From positions 1 through 40,636 of IMG/VR virus record IMGVR_UViG_3300017937_000055: 40,636 bases of DNA; one strand, written 5' to 3'. Position numbers and translations under genes: made by a program. This document shows positions 1 to 7,912 of this stretch, piece after piece; position 1 is the first letter of the stretch; each line of letters starts with the position of its first letter. The DNA comes from a virus. Taxonomy: Duplodnaviria > Caudoviricetes. Below the pieces are notes generated by a model. That model had not been told where the DNA came from. It saw only the letters and a list, made by a program, of their open reading frames with translations, and did no database searches.

Positions 1-1230
1 TTACCGCACGTTACCGCTGTTGTTACCGCTCCGTTCCCGGCCTCGAACTCGAGCCTCCGCGAATCGGTCGGCAGCCTCCAGTACGGCGCGGTCATAGATC
101 GTCTTCGTCGTCCTGGTTCCGCTGTGGCCGGCGACCTTTCCAGCATCGTCAATCGACGCATCGTAGGCCCTACCCTCGGTGATGCCCGAGGCCCGTAGAT
201 CCCTCGCCCACACATGGCTGGCGATTCCTGCCGCCTTCCGGTCTCTGTTGAATCGCTTCCGCCACGGCTGTTCCGTGTATGGCAATTTCGTCACTGGTGA
301 AACGATCACCGGCCCTACGCGGGCATCTTCCGGCCAATGTCGCAGTTCTTCCATGACCATCGGTGCTTTGGTCAACGGATAGACCATGGACTTCCCGGAA
401 GTCCCGTCTGTCTTGGAAGGGGTATATTCCAGCAGAAGATTGGCGTCGATATCCTCCCAACGGAGGCCGTGCCACTTCTCGCCCCGATCGCTATCGATGA
501 CATCGGACACGCCGACGGCATCGATCGGCACCCACTGCCCGATGACATCCCACAGTCTCAAGACTGTCTCGAATGCCAGGGCATAGGCGAGCGCCATGAT
601 CGGCTCGCCCCGGTTGTGAGCAGCCTGCCGCAAGCGGATCACTTCCTCCGCCGTCATTGACACGTCGCGAGAGCGCGGGCCCGGCAATTTCTTTCGTGTT
701 TCCTTGAGGATCGCCGATAGTTCCGGGCACCCGGCAAAACGAAGCATGATGCCAAAACTGATGGCCGCGTCCAGAACAGATCGCGCCATGGAGGCAGCGG
801 CAAGATGCTTGCCGCCTTCCGACCAGAGTTCATGCCAGTTCAGAAAATCAACCCCGCTTATGTCGTCGATCCGGATGGCCCCGATGTGGCCGCGCAGGTT
901 CTTAAGATAATGATTGTATGGCCGTCGGGATGCCGGTTTCAGCTTGCGGTACGGGCTGCGCTCATGGACCTCGTACACGTCCAACAACGATCGCACCGTG
1001 CCGTCAAATTTCAGGAGATCGCGCCGATAGCCGGTGCGCCACAGGAGCATGTCCGCCTGGAGCGCATTGCACTTTGCAACGAGCATGTCTGGCTGATCGG
1101 CAATGTGCTTGAGATTGACGGTCTTCGGCTTATAGCCGTTCTTCACGTCCGTCTCGTCGGCAACCCACACCGGCGACATCCCACCGGCGAGTTTCCGCCA
1201 TTTTAGGCCCGGCGCCTTGACGGTTTCCAT
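1..1230 (-). CDS. int: Tyrosine recombinase / phage integrase
   Basis: Catalytic-type motifs LRLWD (R), PSKT (K), RDLRAS (HxxR variant), AGHS and TIYDR (Y); 409 aa; at the prophage end. Confidence 0.9.
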   Translation of the reverse strand: METVKAPGLKWRKLAGGMSPVWVADETDVKNGYKPKTVNLKHIADQPDMLVAKCNALQADMLLWRTGYRRDLLKFDGTVRSLLDVYEVHERSPYRKLKPASRRPYNHYLKNLRGHIGAIRIDDISGVDFLNWHELWSEGGKHLAAASMARSVLDAAISFGIMLRFAGCPELSAILKETRKKLPGPRSRDVSMTAEEVIRLRQAAHNRGEPIMALAYALAFETVLRLWDVIGQWVPIDAVGVSDVIDSDRGEKWHGLRWEDIDANLLLEYTPSKTDGTSGKSMVYPLTKAPMVMEELRHWPEDARVGPVIVSPVTKLPYTEQPWRKRFNRDRKAAGIASHVWARDLRASGITEGRAYDASIDDAGKVAGHSGTRTTKTIYDRAVLEAADRFAEARVRGRERSGNNSGNVR

Positions 1231-1502
1231 GCCCTCACATCCTCTACGCCACGCGGGCCGGGAGCGCCGCTCTTCCCTACCCCAAGATACTCATCATAGA
1301 AGCGGGCGACCAATTTCACCGGTCTCCCGCCATGGAAAGGATCAATAGGCGGGAAACCGGGCTTAGATGCAAGTGTCGGCAGGCGCTCTCGCATCCACTT
1401 TTCGGCTTTATCCTTACCGACGATGGCCTCTGCGATCTGCCGATCCGTGGCGAACATGGGCAGATCGTCCAGGCGCAAAGGCTGGTTGGCCGGGCGCGTC
1501 AC
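1203..1502 (-). CDS. Excisionase-like small DNA-binding protein
   Basis: GTG at 1502 overlaps the upstream stop (GTGA); 99 aa; GFPPIDP motif typical of Xis/AlpA-like proteins; overlaps int start. Confidence 0.55.
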   Translation of the reverse strand: MTRPANQPLRLDDLPMFATDRQIAEAIVGKDKAEKWMRERLPTLASKPGFPPIDPFHGGRPVKLVARFYDEYLGVGKSGAPGPRGVEDVRAWKPSRRRA

Positions 1503-1693
1503 CGCCAAGCCCTCATGCAAATCCATATCCAAACGCCGCAGATGAACATGCCGGCGATCGAGGAAAGCAGGATCCATTCGGCGGCGCGAAGGTGTATGCG
1601 TGACACATATACCTTGGGGTGTGGGCATGATGCCCATACCTTTGGCGTGCGTGTGTCATGCACGTCCCTTTCGGTTTCAAGACTGTCGATCAT
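1499..1693 (-). CDS. Small hypothetical protein with C-terminal TM helix
   Basis: ATGA overlap with upstream gene at 1690-1693; hydrophobic WILLSSIAGMFICGVWIWIC. Confidence 0.55.
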   Translation of the reverse strand: MIDSLETERDVHDTRTPKVWASCPHPKVYVSRIHLRAAEWILLSSIAGMFICGVWIWICMRAWR

Positions 1694-2430
1694 GATGCGC
1701 CTCCCGCCTCGCCGAGCAGCGAACGAAGGAAAACGTTCATGACGGGCTCGTCGCGAATTGTGCAATTCGTCAGGCTGTCCATCATCATATCGTCGGCGAG
1801 CGCGAGTGCAGCCTTGCGCCGGACCTCAGCGAGTGTTGTGCATGGATGCGCGATGACCGCGAGTTCGGCATCGGCCATTGCATTGTAGGCCTCGTCGGTT
1901 CCGCGAGAATCGCAGTCGATTTCGTACTGGCGGCGATATTCGGCTCTCGTCTCCTCAAGTTTCGTGATGAGCGTTTGCAGGGTCGCCGACTCGGCTTTGA
2001 CGACCTTCGCCATATCGTGGGCGAGGCGGTAAAGCTCCCGCTCGGCAACGTCAGCCGGGACCGAATTGCCAACCTCAAAATCAGCCTGGTCGAACGCGAT
2101 CGCCGTAGCCTTGACGGCGAAGCCTTCCAGCGTCGTCGCCTTGGCACGGTGGATCGCCTTCATCAGGCGGATCAGCTTGCCGTGCAATTTGCAGAAGGAA
2201 TCGTATTCCGAGCTGTAGATGGTCTCGCGATGGAGTTTCTTGACCAACTCGTCCTGCTCGGGCGTCCTCTCCGAGGAAGAGTTCGGTATGCCAGCTTTCG
2301 CAATGGCTTCCTCGCAGGCAGCGTGTGCGTCCTTACACTTCCGATCAAGCGGAAGGACCTCGGCCCGGAGAGCCTCAAACTGCCGTCCGAGTTCGATCAG
2401 TTTGGCGTCGGGGTGAAGGAGATCAGCCAT
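1690..2430 (-). CDS. Hypothetical early protein with internal repeat
   Basis: 246 aa ORF, GGAG upstream, coupled to neighbours; motif KATTLEGFAVKA / PCTTLAEVRRKA occurs twice. Confidence 0.75.
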   Translation of the reverse strand: MADLLHPDAKLIELGRQFEALRAEVLPLDRKCKDAHAACEEAIAKAGIPNSSSERTPEQDELVKKLHRETIYSSEYDSFCKLHGKLIRLMKAIHRAKATTLEGFAVKATAIAFDQADFEVGNSVPADVAERELYRLAHDMAKVVKAESATLQTLITKLEETRAEYRRQYEIDCDSRGTDEAYNAMADAELAVIAHPCTTLAEVRRKAALALADDMMMDSLTNCTIRDEPVMNVFLRSLLGEAGGAS

Positions 2431-2641
2431 TCGACTGCCCTCCCGTCATGCGGATAGGACGATCATCGTCGCTCTTCGTCAGCCCCTCAACCATTTCGCG
2501 AGCGATCCAAAGGAGATCATCAACGCGGGGATCGGTCTCGCCGACCTCGAGATCGAACTGGAGGCTGCAAATGACATTCATCAAAGTGGTTAGGCGATGC
2601 ATGTCGCTATTGAAATCGTCTACGATCCATGCGGCGCTCAT
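2423..2641 (-). CDS. Hypothetical protein
   Basis: 72 aa; ATGA overlap with upstream gene, GGAAGG upstream. Confidence 0.7.
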   Translation of the reverse strand: MSAAWIVDDFNSDMHRLTTLMNVICSLQFDLEVGETDPRVDDLLWIAREMVEGLTKSDDDRPIRMTGGQSNG

Positions 2642-2886
2642 GCTGCACCGCCTTCCTGCCCCGGCCGGATGGCGTCCTTAACGCGATCAAGAAGTTCCTG
2701 GACCGCGATGCAGCCCCACGCGATAGCGTTGCCAGCCTCGCCAGTGACGTTTCCTGATTCAGCGGCCATGTTGATGAGTTCGATCTGGCTCCATGCCCGC
2801 TCGAGAAGGTCGACGGCTTCGCCGATGTCGGGCAAAGCTTCTCTGTTCGCCCGCGTGGCGTCGCTCGTGTTCATGGAAATCTCCAT
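2638..2886 (-). CDS. Hypothetical protein
   Basis: 82 aa ORF in operon; real start may be ATG 2874 after GGAG. Confidence 0.65.
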   Translation of the reverse strand: MEISMNTSDATRANREALPDIGEAVDLLERAWSQIELINMAAESGNVTGEAGNAIAWGCIAVQELLDRVKDAIRPGQEGGAA

Positions 2887-2933
2887 TCAGAATTGGTGGA
2901 GCGCGGGCCAGCCGCGCGATTATGCGGTGGCGG

Positions 2934-3722
2934 TCAGGCAGCAGTCTTTAGGTGTTCGCGGATGCGGTCGATCACGCTGGCAGGCCATTTGATCTGCTTT
3001 ATGGGCGTCCCGTCACCGTGCTTCTTGCCGGTGTCCAGATATTCGCCGCCAGACTTCCGGCCTTCCGCAGTCAGTTCCCAATAGGCATGCTTGCCGCGTT
3101 TCCGATGATCGACCTGTAGTCCGGCCGCTTCCAGCGCCTTGTTGACGCGCTGCGCTATGACGGGCGGAATTTCGCGCTCGCCGATCTGGCGCGGCCCGAG
3201 ATACTGTTCCTGAACCTCGGCAACGATGTGCGTTGCGTCAATCAGAGCCAGCGGATCGGTGCCAGTGATCTTGCGAGCCGCCTGGGCCGCAGAAAGAATC
3301 GACGAATTGCCCTTGAGGCCGGCGAGGCGCGCGATGCGCTTGAGGCCGCCAAAGATCGAAGCCAGTTCATTGACCTTGCCGCCGGCGGAGACAGGCTTTG
3401 CAGCCCCGGTTTCGAGTTCGATCCAACGATCAATGATCTTGGCGCGAAGCTCGACGCTGTAGCCGGATACCAGGATCAGGCACTCGCGCTTGGGAAGCGC
3501 AAATTCCTCTTGCTGGCGGCCGGCGGTATCAACATAGGTCCGTCCAAAATTGGACGCATCAATGCCAAGCGATGTGAGCATTGCTCGAATGTCACGGCGG
3601 ACATGTTGGTGCTGCTTATCTGTGAGTTCCGCGATCTCGCGGCTGCTCATCGTGATCGGGACGTTCCCGATCCGTGCCGGTAGAAATCCCGGCGAGCCGG
3701 TGCTATCTATCTGTCTGTCCAT
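2934..3722 (-). CDS. Rha-family regulator / antirepressor with KilAC-like C-terminus
   Basis: [21 protein letters not shown]...[19 protein letters not shown] is the Rha pattern; C-terminal VNKAL..GLQ..WELT..G; strong GGAGG RBS. Confidence 0.85.
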   Translation of the reverse strand: MDRQIDSTGSPGFLPARIGNVPITMSSREIAELTDKQHQHVRRDIRAMLTSLGIDASNFGRTYVDTAGRQQEEFALPKRECLILVSGYSVELRAKIIDRWIELETGAAKPVSAGGKVNELASIFGGLKRIARLAGLKGNSSILSAAQAARKITGTDPLALIDATHIVAEVQEQYLGPRQIGEREIPPVIAQRVNKALEAAGLQVDHRKRGKHAYWELTAEGRKSGGEYLDTGKKHGDGTPIKQIKWPASVIDRIREHLKTAA

Positions 3723-3830
3723 TCAAACCTCCGCGGTTTTGGACGTTGCGAGGAGCCTCCTGGCAGAGGCTTTTCTATTCAGACGGCGATCACTCTGCCC
3801 TGGCAGGCTCGGTGGTCGCCGTTTTCGTTT
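3715..3830 (+). ncRNA. Putative antisense RNA to the antirepressor leader (sar-like)
   Basis: Two plus-strand hairpins (3754-3771, 3783-3822) each followed by a T tract; complementary to the RBS and ATG of the Rha gene. Confidence 0.4.
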
Positions 3831-4023
3831 ATTCGGGCTGCTTGCTGGTGCCTCCCTTCTCTCGATGATCCCGAAGCAACTGGCGAAACGCCTCGGCCCG
3901 GGATCGGAACCCTTTTTCTTCCGCGACACCATCAACAATCGCCAGTTCCGAAGCTGTCAACAGGACAACTACTCTATGGGTGCTGGCATTGGTGCCTTTA
4001 ATGTTAGACAATGCGTTTACCAT
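3829..4023 (-). CDS. Ribbon-helix-helix (CopG/Arc-like) regulator
   Basis: 64 aa: HRVVVLLTASELAIVDGVAEEKGFRSRAEAFRQLL fits the RHH strand-helix-helix pattern. Confidence 0.75.
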   Translation of the reverse strand: MVNALSNIKGTNASTHRVVVLLTASELAIVDGVAEEKGFRSRAEAFRQLLRDHREKGGTSKQPE

Positions 4024-4107
4024 GAATTGACATCCTAAGTGACATTGCTTGTGCAATTTCCTAATGTCAAGCGGTGTGTTAACGCTGATGATACTCTGGT
4101 GTGCACA

Positions 4108-4599
4108 ATGGCTGACAAAGACAACGTCCCGGAAGATTTGCTTGGCGATGGCCCCGCCTCGCCGCCTGCATCGGCAGCAAACGACACGCAACGGCGGGTG
4201 TATGCTCTGCCGGTCGAACTCGTTGAACGAATCGTTGAGTTTCAGCGAGAGAAGGCATTACCATCCGAGGTTGAGGCTGTGCGACGCTTGCTAGACGATG
4301 CACTGAAGTCTCGCGACGACCTGACCCGGATAATAAACCGCTTCCTCGGCAAGCTAAAACATCTGCGAATTGCGTCCGAAGTCGCCAAGGATGTTCTGGT
4401 CGGGCACCCTCTGGTAGCGTCGATGAGCTTCGAAAAGGATGTTGTCCAGTTTCGTTTGAAGGACGGATGGACAGCATCGATTTCAGACGCCGGCTGGGTG
4501 TCTGTCTACGATGACAAGAACACAATCCAGTTATGGAAAGCGCCGAAAGGCGATCGCTTCGCTCCAGGCATTCTGGAAAGCGACGAGATTCCGTTCTAA
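4108..4599 (+). CDS. RHH-domain regulator with extra C-terminal domain (Mnt-like position)
   Basis: RRVYALPVELVERIVEFQREKALPSEVEAVRRLLDDAL fits RHH; divergent from 3829-4023. Confidence 0.7.
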   Translation: MADKDNVPEDLLGDGPASPPASAANDTQRRVYALPVELVERIVEFQREKALPSEVEAVRRLLDDALKSRDDLTRIINRFLGKLKHLRIASEVAKDVLVGHPLVASMSFEKDVVQFRLKDGWTASISDAGWVSVYDDKNTIQLWKAPKGDRFAPGILESDEIPF

Positions 4600-4752
4600 C
4601 GCCAACCGGCGCAATTCTGCGCCGATCGTCCTGACTGTGGTTGGCGGTTGCGGTCATGACGGCTCCGTTGACGCGGGTCATTCTGCACAAATCAGCGCGC
4701 GTGTCGGGGGACCGATTTCGGTCTACCAAATTGCTGATATCGACCAGCGCTT

Positions 4753-5145
4753 TCACGAGGGCTCCATCGAAACACGTTGGCCTTTATGGTCGCGGTCCCT
4801 GCGCTGATCTAGTGGCAACGGTTTGTGACTACCCTGGCCAATCATCGACTGGAGCAGGCGGCGCGTCAGATCGAAGTCGCCGTCGCTGTATTCCGTCAGA
4901 TAATCGATCAAGCTTGACCGATCAGCCACCGTGCCGTTGACGAAGTAGTCGATCTTGGCAGCAACATTCTCGACTGAGAGACATGGCGCGCCGACCAGGG
5001 CGATGAAGGCTTGCCTTTCGACTTCCTCGGTGGCTTTGGCACCCGCACCACTGAGGCAACGGCAATCGTCCGCGAACATGGCCTCGCCGGCCAGAACGGC
5101 GGTTCGGTGAGCTAAGATCAGGGATGCGATTGACGGGTTAGGCAT
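4753..5145 (-). CDS. Hypothetical early protein (first gene of the PL-like operon)
   Basis: ORF downstream of the predicted promoter; contains APCLSVENVAAK motif; start uncertain (5145 or 5157). Confidence 0.65.
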   Translation of the reverse strand: MPNPSIASLILAHRTAVLAGEAMFADDCRCLSGAGAKATEEVERQAFIALVGAPCLSVENVAAKIDYFVNGTVADRSSLIDYLTEYSDGDFDLTRRLLQSMIGQGSHKPLPLDQRRDRDHKGQRVSMEPS

Positions 5146-5173
5146 GGCGGGTTCCATCGGTGACGATAGATTA

Positions 5174-5222
5174 ACCGTAATGCAGGAATTTTCCGACGTC
5201 AATATGAATGCGAGAACTTTCC
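5174..5222 (-). promoter_or_regulatory. PL-like promoter with two OL-like operators
   Basis: TTGACG (5202-5197), 17 nt, TACGGT (5179-5174); GGAATTTTCC 5185-5194 in the spacer and AGAACTTTCC 5213-5222. Confidence 0.65.
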
Positions 5223-5223
5223 G

Positions 5224-5979
5224 TCAAATCGGAAGAGCACGGGTTATTCGTCCCACGACGCCCTCCACCGAGATCGAGCCGCCGTCTTTTAGAAAATAGG
5301 AGTTGCTGAGGATCGCCATCTGGTCGCCTGGATGTCTGTCCGACATATTGACGATCAATCTGCTGCTGCTGCCGCTCGCCGGCCGACTTGCGAGATGAAC
5401 CTCGTCGCCGTGAATTTCCACAATTCGAGCGCTTATCTCATGCGCCACCGGCTGCGTAATTTCTCTTCTCACCACAACGAGCATGCCGCTTCGAAGAACT
5501 ATCTCTTCATCAAGCGACGGCACAAGAACGGTAGCGTAATCGCCCTTTCGAATATCAATCCCCGCGAGCGTCTCATCGCCTATAAGATAAAGATTCGCGC
5601 TCCAATGCGGGCGTCGAGGATCTCGATAAACAACTGCATTTTCCTTCGAAGCCGCTGGAGTAAATCGATTCTCCCGAAAAACGCCGGTCTCTAAAGATTC
5701 GGAAGGACTCGTGATAGTCGTGTCCAATAGAGCATAAGTTCGCTCTGCATCGGGGGAAGCTCCGGGGTCGTCACTGCCGCCGGTGAGATATTCCAAACTG
5801 CATTCAAGAGGACCAGTTAGTTTCTGGAGCGTATCTAGCCTCGGGCTCGCCGCCTTACCTCTAAGGATGTCTTGGACGGCGGACCTATTCAAACCCGCCT
5901 CCAGCGCTACCGCCGAAGGGTTTTTACCGAGTTCTTCGAGACGGTTACGAATACGCTCTGCGATTGATTGTTTTTCCAT
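5224..5979 (-). CDS. CI-like repressor (XRE HTH plus degenerate S24-like domain)
   Basis: IRNRLEELGKNPSAVALEAGLNRSAVQDILRGKAASPRLDTL HTH; C-terminal ISVEGVVGRI; divergent from cro-like gene. Confidence 0.85.
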   Translation of the reverse strand: MEKQSIAERIRNRLEELGKNPSAVALEAGLNRSAVQDILRGKAASPRLDTLQKLTGPLECSLEYLTGGSDDPGASPDAERTYALLDTTITSPSESLETGVFRENRFTPAASKENAVVYRDPRRPHWSANLYLIGDETLAGIDIRKGDYATVLVPSLDEEIVLRSGMLVVVRREITQPVAHEISARIVEIHGDEVHLASRPASGSSSRLIVNMSDRHPGDQMAILSNSYFLKDGGSISVEGVVGRITRALPI

Positions 5980-6017
5980 GCCGGAGTTATCCACCAAAAT
6001 CCGGCGGAAAGCCAACC

Positions 6018-6067
6018 GGAAATTTCCCGCGTTTCCACTTGCAATTGCCGGAAACTTCCAGCATGCT
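6018..6067 (+). promoter_or_regulatory. PR-like promoter with two OR-like operators
   Basis: GGAAATTTCC 6018-6027 and GGAAACTTCC 6050-6059; TTGCAA (6039-6044), 17 nt, CATGCT (6062-6067). Confidence 0.65.
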
Positions 6068-6073
6068 TAACGG

Positions 6074-6337
6074 ATGGAAAACGAACTCCGTGCAATTTTA
6101 CTCGAAACCGCACACGCCTACGCCGCTGCTGACGCGTGTGCAATGTCAACTATTTCCCGCCGCTGCCGCAACGACAGTGGGTTTTTCGCGCGGATCACCG
6201 ACCCGTCGAAGAGCTTCACCGTCCGCACATATGACGAGGTGATGGGCTGGTTCGTTGTCCACTGGCCCGAAGGCAAGAGCAAACCCTTCTGCCTGCTGAA
6301 ATGGTCCGAGGAAACCCGCGTGAGGCGCGCCACATGA
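6074..6337 (+). CDS. Cro-like repressor
   Basis: 87 aa, divergent from cI; MSTISRRCRNDSGFFARI...FTVRTYDEVMGWF..HWP pattern of alphaproteobacterial phage Cro-like proteins. Confidence 0.75.
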   Translation: MENELRAILLETAHAYAAADACAMSTISRRCRNDSGFFARITDPSKSFTVRTYDEVMGWFVVHWPEGKSKPFCLLKWSEETRVRRAT

Positions 6338-6477
6338 CCTCCATCATCTGCACCCGAACCGAAGACGGCACTGTGATCGCATTCGATCCCGCAACCGGGC
6401 TTTCCGCTTCTGGCCGTACCGTCGCGGAAGCCACTGCCGAGCTGCGCAGGCTCATTTCCGGGAGGCAAGCGGCGTGA
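6334..6477 (+). CDS. 47-aa protein, HicB-N-like motif (not in ORF track)
   Basis: MTSIICTRTEDGTVIAFDPATGLSASGRTVAEATAELRRLISGRQAA; ATGA and GTGA overlaps on both sides. Confidence 0.65.
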   Translation: MTSIICTRTEDGTVIAFDPATGLSASGRTVAEATAELRRLISGRQAA

Positions 6478-7352
6478 TCTCCATCATCAACATCGCTCCC
6501 GACAAAATATCCCGAAGAGCTGATGGCCGCCCGCTCGACAGCGGCACCCTCGATGCGCTTGAGGCGAGCATCGCCGAGGTCGGGCTCATCAACCCGATCC
6601 GCGTCCGCAAGATTGGTGATGGTTACGAGATCGTCGCCGGCCATCACCGATTTGCCGCCTGCGACCTGAACGGCTGGACGGAAATCCCCTGTATCCTCGT
6701 CGAGGATGATGATCTTCGCGCCGAACTGGCGATGATCGACGAGAACTTATGCCGATGGGAACTGTCCATCGCGGAAAGAGCAGACCAGACGGCACGCCGG
6801 AAAGCCATTTATGAATCGCTGCACGGTCCAGCGAAGGCCATCGGAGGGCGCGCTTCGGCAACTGCGCAAGGGAGAGAAGTAGCAAACGAAAAGTTTGCGC
6901 CTGCGTTCACCAGCAGCACAGCGGCCGTCACTGGACGAAGCGAACGTATTGTTCAGATCGACGCCGAGCGTGGCGAAAAGATCATCCCGGTGGCGCTGAA
7001 CCTCATCAAAGGCACTAAGCTCGACACCGGCACCTATCTCGACAAGATCAAGAAGCTCCCGCCGAACGATCAGGTAGCCGCCGTCAAGCGTGATCTGGCG
7101 TGGGAGCATCGCAAACAGGTCGAGCCGCCACCGGATCAGTCCAAGGTCCGCCCCGGCGGCATCGCAGGACAAATCCAGCAGAAGCCGGAACCTACATACG
7201 AAGAGCTTCGCTCTGCGATCCTGTTCCTCGCGGACCTGAAGCCCGAGGATTATTCCCGCCTCTGTCCGCCGGCCAAACGCGCCGCCATGTGCCAGAAGCT
7301 CTCGCATCTCGAACGGGTTTTCGAACAGGTGCGGGAGGCCGTGTCCGCATGA
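6474..7352 (+). CDS. ParB N-terminal domain protein
   Basis: SIAEVGLINPIRV...IVAGHHRFAA...AMIDENL ParB/Srx motifs. Confidence 0.85.
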   Translation: MISIINIAPDKISRRADGRPLDSGTLDALEASIAEVGLINPIRVRKIGDGYEIVAGHHRFAACDLNGWTEIPCILVEDDDLRAELAMIDENLCRWELSIAERADQTARRKAIYESLHGPAKAIGGRASATAQGREVANEKFAPAFTSSTAAVTGRSERIVQIDAERGEKIIPVALNLIKGTKLDTGTYLDKIKKLPPNDQVAAVKRDLAWEHRKQVEPPPDQSKVRPGGIAGQIQQKPEPTYEELRSAILFLADLKPEDYSRLCPPAKRAAMCQKLSHLERVFEQVREAVSA

Positions 7353-7912
7353 GCAAGGAAGCGAGAGAATGGTTGAAACGCCAGCGAATTGCCGACGCCT
7401 CGCTTAAGGCGGTAGTCCGCGCAATCGCTTGGAGTGCCGATAAGGGCGGCGGCGAATGTCGCGCCGCGCAAAGCGACCTCGCCGAAGAGGCATCAATGAC
7501 AGACAGGGCAGTTCGTGCTGCGCTGGTCGTCCTTGAACGTCTGGAAATCGTCCAGCGCAAATCCCGCAGCAAGGGGAAATACGGCCGCACGACTGACTTG
7601 GTGGTTCTGGCCCTCGATCGCAATTTCGACGTGTCGAAGGCGTCAATCCGGGCTGTCCGAAGGAGCCTTCGTCCGGCTCTGCAACCGGAACCGCGTTCCG
7701 GTAACGAGAAAATCTGCAACCGGAACCGCGTTCCTCTGCAACCGGAACCGCGTTCCGGGGAATATAACCCGGTTGACCCAGAACCGCCTTATCAGGAAGG
7801 GAACAGTACTGAGGTTGAAGGTTATGCTCGGCATTGGGGAGAGGCACACCCCCATGACAGGGACACCCCTACTGCCAAGGTGATCACGCTGCCCGTGCGA
7901 GGTGCGGCATGA
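7349..7912 (+). CDS. HTH replication initiator (lambda O-like)
   Basis: ATGA-coupled start; QSDLAEEASMTDRAVRAALVVLE winged HTH; contains iterons. Confidence 0.75.
   Translation: MSKEAREWLKRQRIADASLKAVVRAIAWSADKGGGECRAAQSDLAEEASMTDRAVRAALVVLERLEIVQRKSRSKGKYGRTTDLVVLALDRNFDVSKASIRAVRRSLRPALQPEPRSGNEKICNRNRVPLQPEPRSGEYNPVDPEPPYQEGNSTEVEGYARHWGEAHPHDRDTPTAKVITLPVRGAA
7678..7756 (+). repeat. Three exact 22-bp iterons, putative replication origin
   Basis: TCTGCAACCGGAACCGCGTTCC at 7678-7699, 7713-7734 and 7735-7756, each with dyad GGAAC-CGC-GTTCC. Confidence 0.8.

Noticed and set aside
4079-4756. 225-aa minus ORF coupled to the PL gene
   Set aside because: Runs antisense through the RHH gene with unconvincing composition; its 5' part may be a remnant
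6474-7352. Plasmid partition system
   Set aside because: No ParA or parS seen; a lone ParB-N domain is common in prophage early operons
7678-7756. Mini CRISPR array
   Set aside because: Spacers are 13 and 0 bp and the repeats lie inside an initiator ORF, consistent with iterons
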